A stretch of DNA of 64,000 bases. Origin: an uncultured Candidatus Saccharibacteria bacterium (lineage in GTDB: Bacteria > Patescibacteriota > Minisyncoccia > Phycocordibacterales > UBA5272). The notes beneath the pieces are model-generated. The model was not told the origin of the DNA. It searched no databases and was given only the letters and a program-made list of their open reading frames with translations. Positions 16,441 to 26,225 of this stretch are shown in pieces. The translations under genes and the position numbers were made by a program. Positions within the stretch are counted from its first letter, which is position 1; each line of letters opens with the position of its first letter. The DNA is taken from assembly GCA_964510805.1 (NCBI GenBank), contig CAZEDG010000002.1, positions 7,653 to 71,652 on the forward strand, in the 5' to 3' direction.

Positions 16441-18339
16441 CAACTCTTCTTTTTTCTTTGGAACGATACCATGAACCAAGAGAAGCTTTTCAAATTCTTC
16501 TCGTTCGATATTCTCAACTCTCATAAGCTCTTCAGCGATTGCAGTGAGCGCTTGTCGCTTTTCGATAATAATAAGTCTCGCTCTATTCCAAGCATCATCC
16601 ATAATACGCTTCACCTCATCATCTATCTTTTGTGCATACAACTCACTATGCTCCTTACCAACAAAGAAGCGTGAACCTTCCTGATCTGCAACAAAAGCAA
16701 CCGGACCAAGAGTACTCATTCCATATCTCGTCACCATTTGACGAGCCATTGCCGTAGCAACCTCAAGATCATTAGATGGGCCAGTAGTAAGATCTCCAAA
16801 TATTTCTTTTTCTGCAACATACCCACCGAGTGACATCGCAATATCATCTAAGAATGCAGACTTACTCATAAGTCTTCTTTCATCAAGTGGAAGCTTAAGT
16901 GTGTACCCACCAGCATGACCTCTTGCGATAATAGAAATCTTGTGTACCGGATCAGCGTCAGGAAGACATGATGCGACAAGCGCATGACCTGCTTCATGGT
17001 ACGCGGTGATTTTCTTTTCTTTATCGGAAAGCACGTGACTCTTACGCTCAGGTCCGAGCATTACCTTTTCGATAGATCGAATAAGGTCATACTGCGCAAC
17101 GCTTTTACGTCCTTCTCTCGCTGCGAGTATTGCACTTTCATTCATAAGAGAATAAAGATCGGCACCAGAGAATCCAGGAGTTCTTTCTGCAACAACACGA
17201 AGATTCACATCCTCAGCAAGAGGTTTGGACTTCACGTGTACAGCAAGTATCGCTTCACGGTCTGCTCTATCAGGAAGATCAAGTGTCACGCGACGATCGA
17301 ATCTTCCCGGTCGAAGAAGTGCCTTATCGAGTACATCTGGGCGATTTGTTGCAGCCATAACAATGAGATTCATTGTTGGCTCGAATCCATCCATCTCCAC
17401 AAGAATTTGATTAAGTGTCTGCTCACGTCCTTCACCTTGACCACTAATTGATGTCGCGCGAGTTCTTCCAACTGCATCAATCTCATCAATGAAGATAATT
17501 GCAGGCGCAGCTTTCTTGGCCATATCGAAAAGATCTCGCACACGAGATGCTCCAACTCCCACAAACATCTCTTCGAACTCACTTCCAGAAAGATGAAAGA
17601 ATGGCACTCCCGCTTCTCCCGCAACAGCTCGTGCGAGCATTGTCTTGCCTGTACCTGGTGCACCCATAAGAAGTACACCTTTTGGAATCTCTGCTCCAAT
17701 GTCTGTAAACTTCTTCGGTGCCCGCAAAAATTCTACAATCTCTTCGAGTTCTTCTTTTGCTTCCTTCGCACCAGCAACATCTTTGAAGGTGACACGCTCT
17801 TTTGCATCATCTGGATAAATAATTTTTGCTCGTGACTGACCAAATGATAGTGCTTGCATGTTAGCGCCTTTGATTCCCCTTCCAAGCCACCAAATCATTA
17901 ATCCTAAGAATATAATAGGAAGCACAATAGGGAGAAGCGCTCCCCAAAATGACATCCCGTGATCATTTTTTATTGATACCGTAGTTGAAGCAAGTGTTGT
18001 TGTACTTACCCCATATGCAGAAAGTGTAGAGAATACAGATGCACCTGCCTCCTTCTTCGTAACCACCTTTGTTTTGTCTCCTTTCTCCCCTGTAAGCTTA
18101 TCACCTTCAACTTGTACAGAAACAAGTGACCCGTCCTTTACCATTGTTGCAAATGACGAAAGAGGAACTTCTTCTACCTTTCCTTCTTCAAACAAAATAG
18201 AATATCCCCATGTAAGACACATAAAGATAATAAGCGCCCCGACAAGTTGTTGAGAAATACTTGCAGGCTTCTCTCTTTTCTTTCCTTTTTCTTTTGACTT
18301 TTCTTGTATGTTTAATTTTGGTAATTTCATCTTTTTCAT
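16435..18339 (-). CDS. ftsH: ATP-dependent zinc metalloprotease FtsH.
   Basis: N-terminal TM segments. AAA motif [13 protein letters not shown], the second region of homology, and the zinc motif HEAGHA. Confidence 0.9.
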   Translation of the reverse strand: MKKMKLPKLNIQEKSKEKGKKREKPASISQQLVGALIIFMCLTWGYSILFEEGKVEEVPLSSFATMVKDGSLVSVQVEGDKLTGEKGDKTKVVTKKEAGASVFSTLSAYGVSTTTLASTTVSIKNDHGMSFWGALLPIVLPIIFLGLMIWWLGRGIKGANMQALSFGQSRAKIIYPDDAKERVTFKDVAGAKEAKEELEEIVEFLRAPKKFTDIGAEIPKGVLLMGAPGTGKTMLARAVAGEAGVPFFHLSGSEFEEMFVGVGASRVRDLFDMAKKAAPAIIFIDEIDAVGRTRATSISGQGEGREQTLNQILVEMDGFEPTMNLIVMAATNRPDVLDKALLRPGRFDRRVTLDLPDRADREAILAVHVKSKPLAEDVNLRVVAERTPGFSGADLYSLMNESAILAAREGRKSVAQYDLIRSIEKVMLGPERKSHVLSDKEKKITAYHEAGHALVASCLPDADPVHKISIIARGHAGGYTLKLPLDERRLMSKSAFLDDIAMSLGGYVAEKEIFGDLTTGPSNDLEVATAMARQMVTRYGMSTLGPVAFVADQEGSRFFVGKEHSELYAQKIDDEVKRIMDDAWNRARLIIIEKRQALTAIAEELMRVENIEREEFEKLLLVHGIVPKKKEELV

Positions 18340-18430
18340 TTGTCTATTCTAACACATGATACAATGTTCTAAGCTATTAGTATGTACTATTACTTTTTGG
18401 CAATATTGTAAAGACTAATAGCTAAGCATT

Positions 18431-18865
18431 ATGCGTCTTATCGAGAACAAAAAACTTCATCTTACCTATGTGGTAACCGACTCACTTTCTTCTGGTGTTG
18501 AGCTTTTTGGTTTTGAGGTAAAATCGTTACGTAGTAAGCATGGATCTCTCGAAGGGGCAAAGGTAATCGTACGAGGCGGTGAGGCTTTTTTGGTTGGAGT
18601 GTATATTCCTCCTTATCAACCAGAGAACACACCGAAGTCCTATGACCCCTACCGTACAAGGAGGCTTCTTCTTACAAAAGAAGAACTTTTCCGACTTGCT
18701 TCTCAAGAACAATCGAAGGTATTGACAATAGTACCTAATTCGTTGTATCTTAAAAATAACCTTATCAAGTGCGACATCGCACTTTGTAAGAAAAAAAATG
18801 CTCACGACAAGCGTGAAGATATCAAAAAAGATATTTCTCGTCGTGAGCTACGTGAAAAAGACTAG
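18431..18865 (+). CDS. smpB: SsrA-binding protein SmpB.
   Basis: The SmpB architecture is conserved (GVELFGFEVKSLR...RTRRLLL) and the protein is 144 aa. It is immediately followed by the tmRNA. Confidence 0.85.
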   Translation: MRLIENKKLHLTYVVTDSLSSGVELFGFEVKSLRSKHGSLEGAKVIVRGGEAFLVGVYIPPYQPENTPKSYDPYRTRRLLLTKEELFRLASQEQSKVLTIVPNSLYLKNNLIKCDIALCKKKNAHDKREDIKKDISRRELREKD

Positions 18866-18959
18866 AAATTCTTTACATCTGGTGTATGTTTTAGGGCTAA
18901 ACCATTCGCGGGCCCATGGCGAATGGTCGCCCGAACATTTTGGTTACAAAATGTTTTAG

Positions 18960-19351
18960 GGGGGGTGTACTTTGGCTTTGATAATAAGAATATGTCTTGT
19001 GTGCTGTATCGAGATCGCCTAAGCACTCGTTAACGTTTAGGTACCCATGTTGCAAAAACAACTGGCAAGGCTATTCCTTCACCATATATGGCAGGAATGG
19101 TTCCAGCATTCGCCTAAATTACTGGCCAATCTGGTGTCTCCTTCTATCGTATCTACGGATAGATTGTAGGCAATATAACAGTAGAGGTAGATTATCTTGT
19201 TGCATAGCAAAATAATCGAAATAATTATGCTATACCTATGATGCTTTTGTTTGCTTCTGATATCATGGCGCGAAACACACTAAGCAAACTATATACAGTA
19301 GAAACATTCTTCATACCTTGTTACACGCGGGTTCGAATCCCGCCACCTCCA
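18960..19351 (+). ncRNA. ssrA: tmRNA (SsrA).
   Basis: 5' GGGGGTG pairs with 3' CACCTCC and includes the G3:U wobble. The 3' tRNA-like end is GCGGGTTCGAATCCCGCCACCTCCA. An internal reading frame ...GKAIPSPYMAGMVPAFA-TAA at 19064-19117 is the putative tag, with a possible GCA resume codon at 19052. No CCA is encoded. ORF 18997..19215 is spurious. Confidence 0.8.
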
Positions 19352-19354
19352 CTG

Positions 19355-19408
19355 CTTCGCTAAAATCCGGATGAGCCTCTTAGGCTCATCCGGATTTTAG
19401 CTTCGCAG
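19355..19408 (+). terminator. Long perfect hairpin terminator after ssrA.
   Basis: gctaaaatccggatgagcc-tctta-ggctcatccggattttagc. Confidence 0.6.
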
Positions 19409-19555
19409 TGCGCGCACCGTAGATACGAACACAAAGACAAGGCCTCTTGAGAAATAAAAATCAAAACTAAAAGAAGCGGTGGACCCTGCGTAGCTTTACG
19501 CGAAGTATGGGCGGGTCCTGCGTAGCTTTAGCGAAGCAGGGTATATACTTACCTT

Positions 19556-19795
19556 ATGTACTATGTCTATATCTTACTAAGTCAGAAAGACAGCAGTCGA
19601 TATGTTGGAACAACAGAAGATTTAAAGAAGAGAATTAAGGAACATAATTCTGGCAATTCAAAGTATTCAAGCAGTAAAATGCCTTATATTTTGAAATGGT
19701 ACTGTGCATTTGATAATAAAGAAATGGCTTATAAATTTGAAAGATATCTTAAACAAGGGTCTGGCCATGCATTTACAAGTAAACACTTGATTTAA
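19556..19795 (+). CDS. GIY-YIG nuclease-domain protein (small, stand-alone).
   Basis: YYVYILLSQKDSSRYVGTTEDLKKRIKEH fits GIY...YIG with a following R...H/N. It is AT-rich. Confidence 0.6.
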   Translation: MYYVYILLSQKDSSRYVGTTEDLKKRIKEHNSGNSKYSSSKMPYILKWYCAFDNKEMAYKFERYLKQGSGHAFTSKHLI

Positions 19796-19936
19796 AGTAA
19801 GCCACATTTGTGACCGACTCTAGTGATTCGAACGAAAACATGCTCGCATCTTTGCTTCAAAAAAATATCTTCTACACTTATGTATTAAGCAACGGACAAA
19901 AAGAAAGGCCGTCACTTAGACGGCCTGGCGACAAAT

Positions 19937-20323
19937 TCAGTCATCCTGATCTTCAAGATCTTTGTCTGCCTGATCTGAGCAATAAGAGCGAACCACCACT
20001 CCGCCAGAAATAAAAACTTTTGGCTCTCTCGCTTTTTTTGCTTCCTCTGATTGTAAGTAGCGTCTTCCGTCAATCACAAAAAGCCTTCCTCTGTTCTTGT
20101 ATCTCTGATCCCTTGGATCCTTGAAAAAAGCTTCTGATAAAGCTTCACCACAACGAACCAGCTCATGTGAAAAGTGAAACTTCGGCTCTTCGGCACGAGG
20201 CGTAAAGTCTGGATTCCTTGCCCCAGTAGGAAGATACTGATCAAAATAATCTCTAATTGTTGGCCAGTTCTTAGGAAAGACAATACGAGTACCTTGACCT
20301 GTTTGGAAACGTTGAACGTACAT
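19937..20323 (-). CDS. Hypothetical protein.
   Basis: The ORF is 128 aa with no recognised motif. Confidence 0.4.
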   Translation of the reverse strand: MYVQRFQTGQGTRIVFPKNWPTIRDYFDQYLPTGARNPDFTPRAEEPKFHFSHELVRCGEALSEAFFKDPRDQRYKNRGRLFVIDGRRYLQSEEAKKAREPKVFISGGVVVRSYCSDQADKDLEDQDD

Positions 20324-20403
20324 GATACTTTCCTTTTCTTAAAAAAGCAGAATGAGCTTAGAAACGTCTACAATTATTTAACAAAAAATATAATTTGTCA
20401 AAT

Positions 20404-21162
20404 TTACCTCACCCTCTCCTCTTTAAGAACCACATTAAGTGTGCACTCTATACTCTTCGCGTCTTTTGGGGAAACTCCTTCTAGAACCGTCTCACTCTGA
20501 TACACATGATTCTTGTCATAGCTCAATTCACAAGACTCATTAAGAATAGAAAAAGTTTCTGGGTCAGCACCTTGTATTACAGTAGCATCAGCGTCCCCTC
20601 TTTTTGCAGAAATAATATATACCTGATGAGCATCAAGGCTATATTTTTTACTCAACACTTTAAAAGAGTTAGCATCAGAATGCGGAAGTATATCTTTTTT
20701 ATAAAAAACACTTGTTGCATCCTTTATAAAAGCACCAGTAGTCGAAGCAAGTGTAGAAGGATTGGCCAACACTTCATCAAGCGACCAATTACCGTCACGA
20801 TAGCGTTCATAATAAAACACACGATCTTTATCCTTATAATACCCAGAAAGAAAAGGTACCGCAGTAAACGTCGCGACATCGATAGAACTAGAAGCAACTC
20901 TATACCCTACACCACAAGAAGAAGTGAGAGACCCGAGAACTTTTTTACAATGAAAAAGCGTGCTACTGCTTTTACTGAAAAACTGATCAATAGTTGTCAC
21001 GTCTTCTTGCTCACTCTGATCTTCTGTAAGACTACTTGAACTTGCTTCTTCTAGAACGGAAGGTTTTTTGGATAGTTGCTCATGTATGCTATTTTTATTA
21101 TGAGTCAACAAAAGTGGTACAGTAAGCAAAAGAAAAAGGAGAAAAGGAACAGTGTACTTCAT
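20404..21162 (-). CDS. Secreted DKNYY-repeat protein.
   Basis: Signal peptide MKYTVPFLLFLLLTVPLLL. Repeated motifs YKDKDRVFYY, SVFYKKD, HQVYII and YDKNHVYQ. Confidence 0.5.
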   Translation of the reverse strand: MKYTVPFLLFLLLTVPLLLTHNKNSIHEQLSKKPSVLEEASSSSLTEDQSEQEDVTTIDQFFSKSSSTLFHCKKVLGSLTSSCGVGYRVASSSIDVATFTAVPFLSGYYKDKDRVFYYERYRDGNWSLDEVLANPSTLASTTGAFIKDATSVFYKKDILPHSDANSFKVLSKKYSLDAHQVYIISAKRGDADATVIQGADPETFSILNESCELSYDKNHVYQSETVLEGVSPKDAKSIECTLNVVLKEERVR

Positions 21163-21297
21163 GCAAATAAGTATACATCGATGTCGTGATTTTTTTGTAT
21201 ATCTTGTTATACTATGCTTGCTTTTTACATAAGTAGAGAGTTCTGTAATTCTAAGATACTATAAGAACTTATAAATATTTTGGTTACAAAATAATAT

Positions 21298-21900
21298 AGG
21301 GAGAAATGGCTGAGTGGGTCAAACGTAAACTGCTTTACGTTTAACGATAAGCATGAAGAGCTCTTCATGCGCAATCCGGCAAACACGAAGCCATTGTTCC
21401 GTAGGACGACAAATAGTCCCGAAGTAGTGCAAGGACTTATATTTGGAGAAATGGCTGAGTGGTTGAAGGCACCTGACTCGAAATCAGGCATAGGAGCAAT
21501 CCTATCGTGGGTTCAAATCCCACTTTCTCCGCAGATTGATACGCAGTGAAAATCTGCGGAGAAAGTGGTGCCATGCTCACAAGCATGGTACGTGGGATTT
21601 GAACGAAACGCCGGTCTACGAAAATGAGATGTAAAAATTGAGTGCAGTATTTTTACATCTCATTTTTGTCGACGTTTCTCGGGGTCGAGAAGTTGAGTGT
21701 TTTCTGAACAACAACGTTGTAAAAGAAAATACCAACTTGGTGACCAATCCCACTTTCTCCGCAAAATAATGAATCTGAAGCGAATGCTTCAGATGATTAT
21801 ATTTTGCGAGAGAAAGTGGGATTTGAACTGAGTCCGATGCGAAGCCGGTGTATGTCCTCATACATCGTGAGGACGAGGCTTAGGCGAAAGTTAAGAGTGT
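21298..21900. repeat. Array of partial copies of tRNA-Ser ends in both orientations around the intact tRNA-Ser.
   Basis: A 5'-end copy ggagaaatggctgagtgggtcaaacg at 21302-21327 carries a hairpin gcatgaagagctcttcatgc. The inverted T-arm copy gtgggatttgaac is at about 21590. A 3'-end copy aatcccactttctccgca is at about 21748. The inverted copy gagagaaagtgggatttgaactgagtcc is at about 21810. Confidence 0.6.
21445..21531 (+). tRNA. tRNA-Ser (anticodon CGA).
   Basis: GGAGAAA-TG-GCTG-AGTGGTTGAA-GGCA-CCTGACTCGAAATCAGG, a long variable arm, T-arm GTGGGTTCAAATCCCAC, acceptor TTTCTCC and discriminator G. Confidence 0.8.
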
Positions 21901-22057
21901 TTTTATGATGGTAAGCTTGTCGAACCAGAAATAAAAATACCTTAACAATCGACAAATCCTACTTTCTCACCATAGACAAAAACCAATTCTATTTGCTTCC
22001 CTTACTTAAGTATGGTATTGTATAGCTACACTATTATCACTATTTAAAAAACATCCC

Positions 22058-22570
22058 TTGGCAGAAAAAGTAAACATCAACAACAATATTCGTTCACCTA
22101 AGCTTCGTGTCATCGGAGCAAATGGAGACAATCTTGGCGTACTCACAAAAGAAGAAGCGCTCGAGCGAGCAAAAAAATCAAGTCTTGATCTTATTGAGGT
22201 CTCCCCTCAAGCAGACCCTCCTGTTGCACGTATCGCAGACTACGGAAAGTATATTTATGAACTTTCAAAAAAACTTAAGGAAGTAAAGGCAAAATCACAC
22301 GTTACCGAGACAAAAACAATTCAGATAAGTGTCGCAATTGGAGAAAATGACATAATGATTAAGGCTAAACAGGCTGCTGAATGGATCAAAGAAGGTCATA
22401 GAGTGAAGATAGACCTCCAGCTCAAAGGAAGAACTAAGTACATGGACGAAGGCTTCCTTCGTGAACGCATGGATAGAATTCTTGCTATTATTCCTGCTGA
22501 ATACAAAATTGCAGAACCTCTCAAGAAAATACCAAAATCAATGATGGTGGTTATCGAAAAAGCCAAATAA
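22058..22570 (+). CDS. infC: Translation initiation factor IF-3.
   Basis: IRSPKLRVIGANGDNLGVLTKEEALERAKKSSLDLIEVSPQADPPVARIADYGKY is the IF3 N- and C-domain pattern. It is followed by rpmI-rplT. Confidence 0.85.
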   Translation: MAEKVNINNNIRSPKLRVIGANGDNLGVLTKEEALERAKKSSLDLIEVSPQADPPVARIADYGKYIYELSKKLKEVKAKSHVTETKTIQISVAIGENDIMIKAKQAAEWIKEGHRVKIDLQLKGRTKYMDEGFLRERMDRILAIIPAEYKIAEPLKKIPKSMMVVIEKAK

Positions 22571-22721
22571 TCTCCTAAATACACTACACTAGACAGAAAG
22601 CCAATAAATCTCCAGGTTTGGAAGGTAGTCCTACAAAGCCAATATCGCTTGATATTCTTAATAATCCATGATATAATACGCCAACTATCGTAAAGGCGGT
22701 ACATAAATTCGGAACATTTTT

Positions 22722-22910
22722 ATGAAGACAAATAAATCATTCCTCAAACGACTAAAAGTTACAAAAAACGGTAAGATTATCGCGCGCAAGCCAGGTCTTA
22801 ACCACTTCAACGCTAAGGCATCTCGCCGTAAGCAACTTGGTAATAAGCGTGGACAAGACTTCGCTATGACAGGCAAAGAAAAGTCTCGTTTCCTTCCAGG
22901 ACTTCTATAA
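22722..22910 (+). CDS. rpmI: 50S ribosomal protein L35.
   Basis: MKTNKSFLKRLKVTKNGKIIARKPG, 62 aa. Confidence 0.85.
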   Translation: MKTNKSFLKRLKVTKNGKIIARKPGLNHFNAKASRRKQLGNKRGQDFAMTGKEKSRFLPGLL

Positions 22911-22964
22911 AAAAGCGAATTTTGTATTTTCCTTTATTACTAAATTTTTAATTATACAACTACC

Positions 22965-23309
22965 ATGTCACGAGTTAAGAGAAGTTTAATTGCAATGAAG
23001 CATCGTCGTAATGTACTTAGACGTGCTAAAGGATATCGCTTCGGAAGAAGTAAGAAAGAAGTCGAAGCAAAAGTTGCACTTCGTCATGCGGGAGCTCATG
23101 CGTTCGCTCACCGTAAGGACAAGAAGACTGATATGCGTCGCCTCTTTACTGTGCGTCTTAATGCGGGACTTCGTGCACTCGGCATGTCATACAGTGTCTT
23201 TATTGATAAGCTCGCAAAGAAAAATATCATCATCAATCGCAAGATGCTCTCTGAGCTTGCACAAAGCAACCCAGAAACATTTGAGCGTATTGTTGCACAA
23301 GTGAAGTAA
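22965..23309 (+). CDS. rplT: 50S ribosomal protein L20.
   Basis: MSRVKRS...RRAKGYRFGRSK...RHAGAHAFAHRKDKK. Confidence 0.9.
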   Translation: MSRVKRSLIAMKHRRNVLRRAKGYRFGRSKKEVEAKVALRHAGAHAFAHRKDKKTDMRRLFTVRLNAGLRALGMSYSVFIDKLAKKNIIINRKMLSELAQSNPETFERIVAQVK

Positions 23310-23312
23310 AGG

Positions 23313-23470
23313 TATAGAGTTTAGATATTAGACTTTAGATTTTAGGTAAACATAAGAGCGAGGCCTACGGCCTCGCTCTTATGTTCTTGTATTTACTATT
23401 AACTATTAACTATAAACTATTAACTTATCTACATTTCCTAATACCTAAAATCTAACGTCTAACATCTAGT
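23313..23470. repeat. MITE-like element, copy E7, lying between convergent genes.
   Basis: gagtttagatattagactttagattttagg ... gagcgaggcc-tacg-gcctcgctc at 23356-23378 ... ctaaaatctaacgtctaacatctag. Confidence 0.8.
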
Positions 23471-24046
23471 TTACAGCCTCATCTCCCTTTCACCGCTTCC
23501 TTCTTGGTCTTGTACCATTTTGATAAGCTTCTCGACTAGCACCTTCGGATCTTTTTCAAAAATAACATTAGGGTTAGTTCTATTACTATTCTTAATAATA
23601 TCCTTAATCACTTCATCCGTGGTCCATTCACCTTCTAGAATACCAAGTGGCATATTTGCCTCCCATGCAACAGTAAACTCATGAATAGTTCCTATTCTCC
23701 CACACCCAATCACAATTGCATCAGAAGATCTTACTAACATAAGATCTCTTCCAGGGAACCCGAAGCCTGTATAGATAACAGTATCCATCGCCTTAAGAGG
23801 AAGCCTGTAGACTTCTAGGTGTTCTTTCTTGCTCGCAGCAGGAGAAAGGCCAAAAGAAAAACCCCCTGCCTCCTTAGCTCCTTCCGCTGCGTAGAGAGGG
23901 AATCCACTCGTTGCTCCTGTAATAATTTGTGCACCTTGTCGTGCTATCTCTCTCCCTAACTCTTTAGCAATTGGGATAACAGAAGGTCCACAGTGGGCGA
24001 TTTCTGCCGCGCCAGACACACTGATTGTTATTCTCGCTGATTTCAT
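23471..24046 (-). CDS. LOG/TIGR00725-family Rossmann-fold nucleotide-binding protein.
   Basis: GIGTIHEFTVAWEA fits the LOG PGGxGTxxE-like motif. The protein is 191 aa. Confidence 0.5.
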   Translation of the reverse strand: MKSARITISVSGAAEIAHCGPSVIPIAKELGREIARQGAQIITGATSGFPLYAAEGAKEAGGFSFGLSPAASKKEHLEVYRLPLKAMDTVIYTGFGFPGRDLMLVRSSDAIVIGCGRIGTIHEFTVAWEANMPLGILEGEWTTDEVIKDIIKNSNRTNPNVIFEKDPKVLVEKLIKMVQDQEGSGEREMRL

Positions 24047-24049
24047 TCC

Positions 24050-24230
24050 ACTAGTATATAAGTACTAGAAGATAGTTACTAGTGGACAGGGAACAAATAC
24101 AGACAACAGACTGCTTCGCTTACAGATAACAGAATATAGATAAATACAAGACAAAGAGCAAAACCTTCAACCTCACTTGTGTATTTGTCTGTTATCTGTC
24201 TATCTATGTTCTCTGGTCTAATTTAATCTA
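24050..24230. repeat. Degenerate MITE-like element, copy E8.
   Basis: agagcaaaaccttcaacctcacttgt is a degraded hairpin. It is flanked by the inverted pair caaatacagacaacagac / gtatttgtctgttatctgtc. Confidence 0.5.
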
Positions 24231-25596
24231 TCTCAATCACCTGACCTCGTGTTGGCACTTCAACAGGAACATTATAGGTCTCATGAATTCTTTGACCAAG
24301 AAAGTACGAACCTTTTGCTTCTCCAAGAATAACGAACACCTTCTTGAGCGATTCCTTTGTCGAATCAACAAACTCAACAAGATGATCAGAATCTTTGTGT
24401 GCAGAGAACCCATGAATATTAACAACTCTCGCACGAACAGGAACCTTTACTCCTCTAATCGTAACCTCTTTCTCACCTTCTACGACATGTCTTCCGAGAG
24501 TATTCACAGCCTGATAACCAACAATCACAATACAACTATTAGGATCTGGGAGGTGCTCCATTTCATGATGGAGAATTCTTCCACCATTACTCATTCCACT
24601 TCCAGCAATAATTACTTTAGGTCGATGATCTTGCGCGATTGCTTTACTCTCCTCAGGAGTCGGAGTCATTATAAGCCCTTTGAACGCAAAGATGTCATCC
24701 CCGCTCTTAATAATACTTTCAGCATTTTCGTTGAACCAACTCTCATACTTCTTGTAGACTTTTGTAATATTAATACCAAGAGGCGAATTTAAGTACACAG
24801 GAACTTCTGGAATAAGTTTATGTTCCACAAGCTCATTGAAGGCAAGAAGGAGTTCTTGAGTTCTTTCTATAGAAAAGGCTGGGATAAGGACAGTGCCACC
24901 TTTTGCGATCGTAGAAGTTACCGCCTCCTTAAAAATATCTATACGCTTATCCTTGTCAGTATGATTGCGGTCACCGTAGACACTTTCCATAAAAAGATAC
25001 TCAATTCCTTTAAGCGGTGTTGTGTCTTTCATGAGCGGAGATGGTGTGTTGCCCAAGTCTCCTGTGAAGGCAAGTTTTTTACCTTTGTACTCTATTTCTA
25101 TCATTGCACTTCCTAAGATATGTCCAGCGTCATGGAAAGTAACTTTTGCATCACCATCATCAGTAGTAATTACATACTCTGTCTCATACGTTACGATTTC
25201 GCTCCAAAGATGCATAGACTCAAAAACATCTTTATCTTCGTAGAGAGGTACATCACCCATCTTGGTTGCTTCCTTATGAAGAATCCTAAAAGAATCAAGC
25301 ATTACAAGCTCAGCCATTTCTCTCGTCGGTTCAGTGCTCACAATCTTACCCTTAAACCCATCACGAACAAGCTTAGGTATTCTTCCAACATGGTCAAGGT
25401 GAGAGTGTGTAACAAAAAGATACTCTACAGAAGAAGGGTCGTAACTGAAGGCTTCGGCATTTATCGGTATCGAATATTTTTCCCCTTGGACAAGACCACA
25501 GTCGATAAGGATTTTTTTACCACCGAATTCTACCAAGAAGTTAGATCCTGTTGGCATCTCTGCACCACCTGCAAACGTAATTCGAAAGAGCGACAT
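24223..25596 (-). CDS. MBL-fold beta-CASP family ribonuclease (RNase J/CPSF-like).
   Basis: HSHLDHVG metallo-beta-lactamase motif. Downstream beta-CASP-like region. Confidence 0.7.
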   Translation of the reverse strand: MSLFRITFAGGAEMPTGSNFLVEFGGKKILIDCGLVQGEKYSIPINAEAFSYDPSSVEYLFVTHSHLDHVGRIPKLVRDGFKGKIVSTEPTREMAELVMLDSFRILHKEATKMGDVPLYEDKDVFESMHLWSEIVTYETEYVITTDDGDAKVTFHDAGHILGSAMIEIEYKGKKLAFTGDLGNTPSPLMKDTTPLKGIEYLFMESVYGDRNHTDKDKRIDIFKEAVTSTIAKGGTVLIPAFSIERTQELLLAFNELVEHKLIPEVPVYLNSPLGINITKVYKKYESWFNENAESIIKSGDDIFAFKGLIMTPTPEESKAIAQDHRPKVIIAGSGMSNGGRILHHEMEHLPDPNSCIVIVGYQAVNTLGRHVVEGEKEVTIRGVKVPVRARVVNIHGFSAHKDSDHLVEFVDSTKESLKKVFVILGEAKGSYFLGQRIHETYNVPVEVPTRGQVIEID

Positions 25597-25604
25597 AAGA
25601 AAAA

Positions 25605-26018
25605 TTATTTTTTATATAAAAAGTAAGCTACAAACGCACCAACCCCACCATTAAAAATATCAGAAAGCGTGTCAGGCCACCCTCCCCACTCTGAACCTCT
25701 CACCACATCGCTTAGTAGCTCATACAGTTCCCAACTAATCGCAACAAAAAGATAGGTAAGAAGTACATAGCTAAGCAAAGCAGGCTTCTTCTTGTAATGA
25801 ATAAGTGCAAGCGCAAGCGAAGCAACCCCGAACCCTCCCATGATATGCATCGGAATATCAAGCCACCAAATCTCATAATAAAGATGAGTTGGATCGAAGA
25901 CAAACTTAGAGAGCGCGAGAAGGATTCCGAGATATAGCGCTGAACTTATAATTGGTTTCATGTCTAAAAGTATACCATAGCCAGGCAGGAAACCCTGTAA
26001 GAGGAAAGACTCGTCCAC
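25605..26018 (-). CDS. Hypothetical 4-TM membrane protein.
   Basis: The ORF is 137 aa and hydrophobic. Confidence 0.45.
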   Translation of the reverse strand: MDESFLLQGFLPGYGILLDMKPIISSALYLGILLALSKFVFDPTHLYYEIWWLDIPMHIMGGFGVASLALALIHYKKKPALLSYVLLTYLFVAISWELYELLSDVVRGSEWGGWPDTLSDIFNGGVGAFVAYFLYKK

Positions 26019-26225
26019 GAAAAAACCGCCTCGTATAGGCGGATCTTTCGTAGGGTGTTAGGACATCTTCCTGATCATAATGCCAGGTGGGTAGGAAAAC
26101 GGAGAGACCTCGGCCTTTTCGCAATATTCCATAACCCTAAAGATGTTTATCCAGAAAAATACCTAAACACCCTGTTTCAATTATATGCCTCTCTCCAAAA
26201 AATGCAAATTTTTTTAAAAACAAAC

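Noticed and set aside
18997-19215. 72-aa ORF between smpB and the GIY-YIG gene.
   Set aside because: It lies entirely inside the tmRNA, which has a conserved tRNA-like 5' and 3' end.
21298-21445. Second tRNA-Ser gene containing a group I intron upstream of the intact tRNA-Ser.
   Set aside because: Only the first 26 nt match a tRNA 5' end. The remaining 120 nt are too short for a group I intron, and no matching 3' exon precedes the intact tRNA.
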